IMG/VR virus record: IMGVR_UViG_2636415673_000006
Reading direction: 5' to 3' (one strand)
DNA length: 44,007 nt
Source of the DNA: a virus
Lineage: Duplodnaviria; Heunggongvirae; Uroviricota; Caudoviricetes
In this document: one piece after another, positions 38,336 through 44,007 of the stretch
How positions within the stretch are numbered: position 1 is the stretch's first letter
Layout of the letters: the number at the start of each line of letters is the position of its first letter
Program-made: the position numbers and the translations under genes
Notes under the pieces: model-generated
The model's database searches: none
The model's input: only the letters and a program-made list of their open reading frames with translations
What the model was told of the DNA's origin: nothing

Positions 38336-39380
38336 ATTTCAGCGCCCGACGCTGGCAGAAAATATCAGTATGCTCCGTAACGATTTATTCGCCAGGCTGG
38401 ACGTCAGCGACACGCTCCGGCGCATGGATGAAGACGTGCGGGCAAAGGTGTATGCGGCGGCGCTGCATACGGTTTACGGGTACATCGATTATCTGGCAAT
38501 GAACATGCTGCCTGACCTGTGCGATGAGTCCTGGCTGGCGCGACATGCTGCGATGAAACGGTGTCCGCGCAAGGGGGCCACGACTGCCAGCGGGTATATG
38601 CGCTGGGAAGGTGTCAGCGATGGCCTGAAGGTGACCGCCGGAAGTGTTATTCAGCGCGATGACCTGGTTCAGTACACGGCAACTGCCGATGCAACCAGCA
38701 CCGGTGGTGTCCTGAGCGTGCCGATCGCCTGCTCAAGTGCAGGCGCGGTCGGTAACGCTGACGACGGTACGTCATTAATCCTGGTCACGCCGGTTAATGG
38801 TCTGCCGTCTTCCGGCGAGGCAGATACCCTGACAGGTGGATTTGATATTGAAGAGCTGGAAACGTGGCGCGCCCGCGTCATTGAGCGGTATTACTGGACG
38901 CCTCAGGGCGGGGCTGACGGGGACTATGTCGTCTGGGCTAAAGAAGTGCCCGGCATTACCCGCGCATGGACATACCGACACTGGATGGGAACGGGGACTG
39001 TCGGTGTGATGATAGCCAGCAGTGACCTGATTAACCCCATTCCGGAAGAATCAACGGAAACGGCGGCAAGACAACATATCGAGCCACTGGCCCCGGTGGC
39101 AGGCTCTGATTTGTATGTGTTCAGGCCGGTGGCACATACGGTGGATTTTCATATCCGCGTGACGCCGGACACACCGGAAATACGGGCTGCCATCACCGCG
39201 GAGTTGCGTTCGTTCCTGCTGCGTGATGGTTATCCGCAGGGAGAACTGAAGGTATCGCGTATCAGTGAAGCGATTTCCGGTGCGAACGGGGAATACAGCC
39301 ATCAGTTGCTTGCACCGGCAGACAATATCTCCATTGCAAAAAATGAACTGGCGGTACTGGGGACGATTTCATGGACGTGA
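38322..39380 (+). CDS. Baseplate J-like protein (Mu gp47-like)
   Basis: 352-aa ORF in Mu-like order. Confidence 0.6.
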   Translation: MADSEFQRPTLAENISMLRNDLFARLDVSDTLRRMDEDVRAKVYAAALHTVYGYIDYLAMNMLPDLCDESWLARHAAMKRCPRKGATTASGYMRWEGVSDGLKVTAGSVIQRDDLVQYTATADATSTGGVLSVPIACSSAGAVGNADDGTSLILVTPVNGLPSSGEADTLTGGFDIEELETWRARVIERYYWTPQGGADGDYVVWAKEVPGITRAWTYRHWMGTGTVGVMIASSDLINPIPEESTETAARQHIEPLAPVAGSDLYVFRPVAHTVDFHIRVTPDTPEIRAAITAELRSFLLRDGYPQGELKVSRISEAISGANGEYSHQLLAPADNISIAKNELAVLGTISWT

Positions 39381-39955
39381 CAAACGATGATTACATCCGT
39401 CTGTTATCGGCACTGTTGCCCTCCGGTCCGGCGTGGTCAGCCAGCGATCCGGCGATTGCCGGTGCGGCACCGTCATTAACCCGCGTTCATCAGCGTGCGG
39501 ATGCCCTGATGCGGGAGCTGGATCCGCGCACCACCACTGAACTGATAAACCGCTGGGAGCGTCTGTGCGGCCTGCCGGATGAATGTATTCCGGCGGGAAC
39601 GCAGACCCTTCGCCAGCGTCAGCAACGGCTGGATGCGAAGGTTAATCTGGCGGGCGGCATCAATGAGGATTTTTACCTTGCACAGCTTGCTGCCCTGGGC
39701 AGACCAGATGCCAACATCACGCGATACGACAAAAGCACGTTCACCTGCTCATCGGTCTGTACTGACGCGGTGAATGCGCCGGAATGGCGGTATTACTGGC
39801 AGGTCAACATGCCAGCTGCCACCAACACCACCTGGATGACATGTGGCGATCCCTGTGATTCCGCACTGCGTATCTGGGGCGACACCGTTGTCGAGTGTGT
39901 GCTTAACAAACTCTGCCCGTCGCATACCTACGTAATTTTTAAATATCCGGAGTAA
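39371..39955 (+). CDS. Mu gp48-like tail protein (DUF2313-like)
   Basis: 194-aa ORF between baseplate J and tail fibre. Confidence 0.5.
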   Translation: MDVTNDDYIRLLSALLPSGPAWSASDPAIAGAAPSLTRVHQRADALMRELDPRTTTELINRWERLCGLPDECIPAGTQTLRQRQQRLDAKVNLAGGINEDFYLAQLAALGRPDANITRYDKSTFTCSSVCTDAVNAPEWRYYWQVNMPAATNTTWMTCGDPCDSALRIWGDTVVECVLNKLCPSHTYVIFKYPE

Positions 39956-39958
39956 TTC

Positions 39959-40891
39959 ATGCATCGTATAGACACGAAAACCGCGCAGAAGGATAAGTTC
40001 GGCGCGGGTAAGAACGGTTTTACCCGTGGTAACCCCCAGACCGGCACGCCTGCCACCGATCTGGATGATGACTACTTTGACATGTTGCAGGAGGAGCTTT
40101 GCAGCGTGGTGGAGGCATCCGGTGCCAGCCTGGAGAAGGGGCGGCATGACCAGCTGCTTACAGCGCTTCGTGCGCTGCTGTTAAGCCGCAAGAATCCGTT
40201 TGGTGATATCAAATCGGATGGCACGGTGAAAACGGCTCTCGAAAACCTTGGTTTGGGAGATGGCTCGGGGCGTTACAGCAAAACTGTCGTTTTTTCATCG
40301 TCGGGTTCATATACGTGGCCAGCTGACGTAAAACGAATTGACGTTATTCTGACTGCGGCGGGCGGCGGTGGCGGTGGATGTAACGCGGAGAACGCAAATC
40401 AGACATTTTCAGGGGCTGGCGGAGGAGCCGGAGGTACTGTTTTTGCCACTATTTATGCGACAGACAACGATGCCGGGCCAGGGACCTATACAGTGACAAT
40501 TGGCAGCGGTGGTAGTGGTGCCAATGGGCCAGGGTCTGGAAATAATGGCGGTCATAGTTCGTTCATGACATTAACTGCGCTCGGCGGCCAGGGTGGGCAA
40601 TGGGGCGGCGCTACAAATACCGCTGGCGGGCTCGGTGGTGCAGGCTCTGGCGGTTATAAAACTGAACAAGGCGGAGACGGTTCAGACGGACAGGCGGGCC
40701 AGACGCTGTTAGTAGGCAATGGGGCATCGAGCTATTGGGGTGGCGGCGGCCGCGCTGGGCAACTGAGCGGTAATCCTGGAGCTTGCTCTGGCTCCGGCGG
40801 CGGGGGTGCATACGATAATAGCTATTCACACACGTCAGGACGTGGCGGGCACGGAGCTAATGGCGTGCTGGTAATTCGGGAGTACATGTAA
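39959..40891 (+). CDS. Tail fibre protein with glycine-rich C-terminal domain
   Basis: Conserved tail-fibre N-terminus ([51 protein letters not shown]) followed by about 200 aa of Gly-rich repeats ([28 protein letters not shown]). Confidence 0.7.
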   Translation: MHRIDTKTAQKDKFGAGKNGFTRGNPQTGTPATDLDDDYFDMLQEELCSVVEASGASLEKGRHDQLLTALRALLLSRKNPFGDIKSDGTVKTALENLGLGDGSGRYSKTVVFSSSGSYTWPADVKRIDVILTAAGGGGGGCNAENANQTFSGAGGGAGGTVFATIYATDNDAGPGTYTVTIGSGGSGANGPGSGNNGGHSSFMTLTALGGQGGQWGGATNTAGGLGGAGSGGYKTEQGGDGSDGQAGQTLLVGNGASSYWGGGGRAGQLSGNPGACSGSGGGGAYDNSYSHTSGRGGHGANGVLVIREYM

Positions 40892-41296
40892 ATGAATGAT
40901 ATCTATGCAGTTGTTGATAATAACGTTGTTATTAATGTCATTATCTGGGACGGAATTTCTGAATGGAAACCAGAGGCTGGTAATTTAGTTCCGTTAAACG
41001 GCGATGCTGGCATCGGTTGGTCATATTCAGACGGAGTATTTACCGCGCCACCTCCCCCAGAACGCTCTCACAACGCGTTAGTTGCGGAGGCTGAGCTGCA
41101 GAAATCAGCACTACTGACCGTAGCAAATAACACAATAGCACCGCTGCAGGATGCCGTTGATTTGGAAATGGCGACAGACGATGAACAGGCGTTACTGCTG
41201 GCGTGGAAAAAATACAGGGTGCTGCTGAACCGTGTTGATACCTCAGCGGCACCCGAAATAGAGTGGCCTACGCAACCGGGGGAGCGGGCCAGTTGA
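40892..41296 (+). CDS. Tail fibre assembly protein (Tfa)
   Basis: 134-aa ORF with the conserved Tfa C-terminus ([26 protein letters not shown]). Confidence 0.7.
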   Translation: MNDIYAVVDNNVVINVIIWDGISEWKPEAGNLVPLNGDAGIGWSYSDGVFTAPPPPERSHNALVAEAELQKSALLTVANNTIAPLQDAVDLEMATDDEQALLLAWKKYRVLLNRVDTSAAPEIEWPTQPGERAS

Positions 41297-41520
41297 TATC
41301 AGGCGCAGCGTCAGCATCAACTGCTGTCACTGCGTCGATGTAGTCGAGTACCGCATTCAGCCGCGTTTTTTCATCATCAGTCAGTTTGCGGCCTGCACTT
41401 CTCCGTTGGCATCTTTGTTATATGGTACAACTGCGCAGAGGCCTGTCTCTTCAATTGTGCCAGTTGAATACTACGATACAACGCTCGGCCTTCCTGTTTG
41501 GTGGAACATAACCACATCCA
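41278..41520 (-). pseudogene. Remnant of a second, inverted tail-fibre assembly gene (5'-truncated and frameshifted)
   Basis: Minus-strand hand translation gives ...[46 protein letters not shown]-stop, with an upstream out-of-frame piece ...RALYRSIQLAQLKRQASAQL; both parallel the Tfa C-terminal consensus. No start codon; converges on and overlaps the plus-strand Tfa 3' end. Confidence 0.5.
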
Positions 41521-41554
41521 CATGGAAAAGAGCTGATGGTATAGATGTATAAAC

Positions 41555-41580
41555 TTAAAAAAGGCGCTTTTTAGCGCCTT
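41555..41580 (-). terminator. Rho-independent terminator downstream of the acyltransferase gene
   Basis: aggcgc-ttttta-gcgcct hairpin flanked by A/T runs on both sides; on the minus strand the stem is followed by tttttaagttt. Confidence 0.5.
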
Positions 41581-41584
41581 TAAA

Positions 41585-42709
41585 TTAAGATATTCTTTTA
41601 GCTATAGAATGACCTATATTTATAAACGGTTTTTCTATTACGTTATATATCAAGTAAGATAGGCTTATAGAAATTATGAGCGATGATATATAAATGGCAA
41701 ACGATCTATGTTCAGTGCTAACACCAATGCTGGAACCGTAAAACTCAATAAACTGTATAACAGGAACATGAATCAGATAAAGTGAATATGATATTCCACC
41801 AAGAGCAACAAGTGATTTATTGAATGAAATAACTTTATTATTTTCTAGAATAATAACACATAAAACAATCAGAAATGCAATATATGCAGATCGCGTCAAA
41901 CCATGTCCTTCAGACACCCCATTAAGCCAAAAAACAAACATCATTCCTAGAATGAAAACGCATAAACTATTTATAATAGCATTATTCATTCTTTTATGCC
42001 TAAGTAAAGGCATTGTCTCTGATATAATCATCCCTAAAATGAAATCATATACTATAGGGTTGCCTATGAATCCTATATGAGAAAACACTCCTGTTTTTGC
42101 AATATTGAATGATTGGGCGTCAATTACTACCGAGTGGTTAAAGTAAAGAGAAATAATTGTACTTACAGCAACTAGAAAACATGATGTGATTAATACCCTG
42201 TATTTTATACTTAATGACATGGATATTGCGAAAATAAAATAAAAATATATCTCGTACCCAAGTGACCATGAAACAATTAGCGTTCCCCACCCATAATATG
42301 GCGGTAGAGTTGAGCCATCTAAAGGGATGAGAAGAAATGATTTTATAATATTATTTATAGAAAAAACACCACCCCATGATACGCCTGTGTAAATATTGTG
42401 GTAAAAAAGAAAAACATAAACGCTTAATACTATTGCGTAAACAGGATAAATTCTAAAAAATCTCTTTACAAGAAATGAAGCGGTATTTCTTAAAGATGTT
42501 TTTGCTAAGTTTTTAGTTGAGTATGATATTATAAATCCGCTTATTATAAAAAACAATTCAACTCCAAATATAGCATTCGCGGTTATCTTGTCCATGAAAG
42601 AACCAGGATCTACTTGCCCGAAAAGACCTCTATTATGACCAATAGCTACAGCAAGAGCTGCAATTCCACGAAGCGCTTCTATTCCGTATAATTTATCTGT
42701 TTTCATCAA
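41585..42709 (-). CDS. Acyltransferase family 3 integral membrane protein (putative O-antigen/LPS O-acetyltransferase, lysogenic-conversion gene)
   Basis: 374-aa polytopic membrane ORF with the family N-terminus (LYGIEALRGIAALAVAIGHN); extremely AT-rich; located between tail fibre genes and integrase. Confidence 0.75.
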   Translation of the reverse strand: MMKTDKLYGIEALRGIAALAVAIGHNRGLFGQVDPGSFMDKITANAIFGVELFFIISGFIISYSTKNLAKTSLRNTASFLVKRFFRIYPVYAIVLSVYVFLFYHNIYTGVSWGGVFSINNIIKSFLLIPLDGSTLPPYYGWGTLIVSWSLGYEIYFYFIFAISMSLSIKYRVLITSCFLVAVSTIISLYFNHSVVIDAQSFNIAKTGVFSHIGFIGNPIVYDFILGMIISETMPLLRHKRMNNAIINSLCVFILGMMFVFWLNGVSEGHGLTRSAYIAFLIVLCVIILENNKVISFNKSLVALGGISYSLYLIHVPVIQFIEFYGSSIGVSTEHRSFAIYISSLIISISLSYLIYNVIEKPFINIGHSIAKRIS

Positions 42710-42849
42710 GTAATATAGTTAGTAGTTGATAAAATTGTTGCTGGAGTCTACCACCAAGAGCTTGGATGATCGACCAGTTAGCATCTCAAGCTGTATGCGT
42801 GAGACAAAAACGAGACACACAAAGCTTTGCAAGTCTTTGCGCTGTTTAC

Positions 42850-44007
42850 CTATGATACCTTCTCCTCAATCCAATCCGCCCACCACTGCATCATTTCTCT
42901 GCGCTTATCGAGATACTGAGCATGGTTGTAAATCCCGCGCACAGATCCGCCGTTGGCATGTGCCAGTTGCACTTCAATAGCATCAGCAGGCCATTCGTGC
43001 TCGTTCATAATCGTGCTGAATTCATGCCTGAATCCGTGACCGCTTTCCAGACCTTCATAGCCGATTTGTTTGATCACAAGCAGTACAGCGTTCTCGCAAA
43101 TTGGCTTCTTCTTATCGTTGCGCCCGGCAAAAACAAACTCTGATACTGGTTTGGTGATTGAACTTAGCGTAGTGAGAAGTTCAACTACCTGGTCTGACAT
43201 AGGAACCACATGAATTTTGCGTCCCTTCATCACACTGGCGTCGATGGTGATAATCCTGTTTTCAAAATCGACGTTCTTCCATAGCATGGAACGAAGCTCT
43301 TTTGTTCTGAGGGCAGTGTAGCGTAAAACTTTGGTCGCAATGAGCGATACGATACTTCCTGAAAATGTTGCCAGTGCTTTGTTGAATGCCGGGATCTGGT
43401 CTGCAGGAAGAAACGGGAAGTTCTTCTTGCGGTATCCTTTCATGGCGTCAGCAAGGTCAGGTGCCGGGTTATATTTAGCCCTGCCTGTGACAATAGCGTA
43501 ACGGAAAACCTCGCCGCATCTTCTGCGGGCTTTATTGGCTCGTTCCATTGCGCCGCGATCTTCAAATCTGCGGATTACTTCCAACAGTTGCATCGGCTCA
43601 ATATCCTGAATTTCAAGGCCGCCGATGATGGGTAAAATGTCGTCATCAAACATTTTTGCAAGTTCATTTGCATAGCCTACTGACCAGACTTGCTTCTTGT
43701 GCTCGTACCATTCCTTGTAAATGGCGCTAAAGGAGTTGTTGTTAGACGAAGCCTTTTTCGCTTTTACCGGATCGATGCCAACCGAGATGTCTTTCCTCGC
43801 AGTCCATGCTTTATCCCTTGCCTCCTGCAAAGTCATAAGCGGATATTTTCCTACGGTCAGTATTTTTTCCTTACCGTCAATCTTGTAGCGAAGCTGCCAT
43901 ACCTTTTTCCCGGATACAGGGACATAAAGGTACAGGCCATTACCATCGAGAAGGCGGTATGGTTTTTCTTTCGGCTTTGCTGCTTCAATCTGCTTAACGG
44001 TGAGCAT
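42850..44007 (-). CDS. int: Tyrosine integrase (P4/DLP12 IntD type)
   Basis: 385-aa ORF whose ATG is the last codon of the window (MLTVKQIEAAKPKEKPYRLLDGNGLYLYV...); C-terminal catalytic region HGFRHEFSTIMNE...AHANGGSVRGIYNHAQY contains the conserved R/H/R/Y residues. Confidence 0.9.
   Translation of the reverse strand: MLTVKQIEAAKPKEKPYRLLDGNGLYLYVPVSGKKVWQLRYKIDGKEKILTVGKYPLMTLQEARDKAWTARKDISVGIDPVKAKKASSNNNSFSAIYKEWYEHKKQVWSVGYANELAKMFDDDILPIIGGLEIQDIEPMQLLEVIRRFEDRGAMERANKARRRCGEVFRYAIVTGRAKYNPAPDLADAMKGYRKKNFPFLPADQIPAFNKALATFSGSIVSLIATKVLRYTALRTKELRSMLWKNVDFENRIITIDASVMKGRKIHVVPMSDQVVELLTTLSSITKPVSEFVFAGRNDKKKPICENAVLLVIKQIGYEGLESGHGFRHEFSTIMNEHEWPADAIEVQLAHANGGSVRGIYNHAQYLDKRREMMQWWADWIEEKVS

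Overview
The window is essentially one ~44-kb lambdoid temperate phage genome, related to phage lambda and the E. coli DLP12 cryptic prophage but apparently intact and strongly mosaic. All identifications come from reading the ORF translations and DNA by eye and from recalled protein sequences; no database search was run. Left to right: a leftward early operon (xis-like, a candidate TGT/DpdA-like protein, several small accessory genes, a DGQHR-domain DndB/DpdB-like protein, lambda-type exo-bet-gam and a kil-position gene); a CI/Cro-type immunity switch; lambda-type O (with ori iterons), P and ren; a nin region carrying cargo (emrE, a 508-aa large serine recombinase, an HNH-domain protein) followed by ninB/ninE/ybcO/rusA/ylcG and Q; a tR'-like terminator; a three-gene moron cluster (Blc-like lipocalin, YbgA-like protein, AraC-family regulator) in the position where Stx phages carry stx; a pinholin/SAR-endolysin/Rz/Rz1 lysis cassette; HNH endonuclease, TerS and TerL; an HK97-type head module; a Mu-like contractile tail with baseplate, including a -1 frameshifted chaperone pair and a lipoprotein moron with its own terminator; a glycine-rich tail fibre with its Tfa chaperone and a convergent Tfa pseudogene remnant; an AT-rich family-3 acyltransferase (candidate O-antigen modification); and a P4/DLP12-type tyrosine integrase whose ATG is the last codon of the window. 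The most unusual content is the candidate DNA-modification/anti-restriction pair in the early-left operon (DGQHR protein plus TGT-like protein, reminiscent of bacterial DpdA/DpdB 7-deazaguanine systems). Gene order is circularly permuted relative to an integrated prophage (xis at the left edge, int at the right edge). No rRNA, tRNA or CRISPR array was found.
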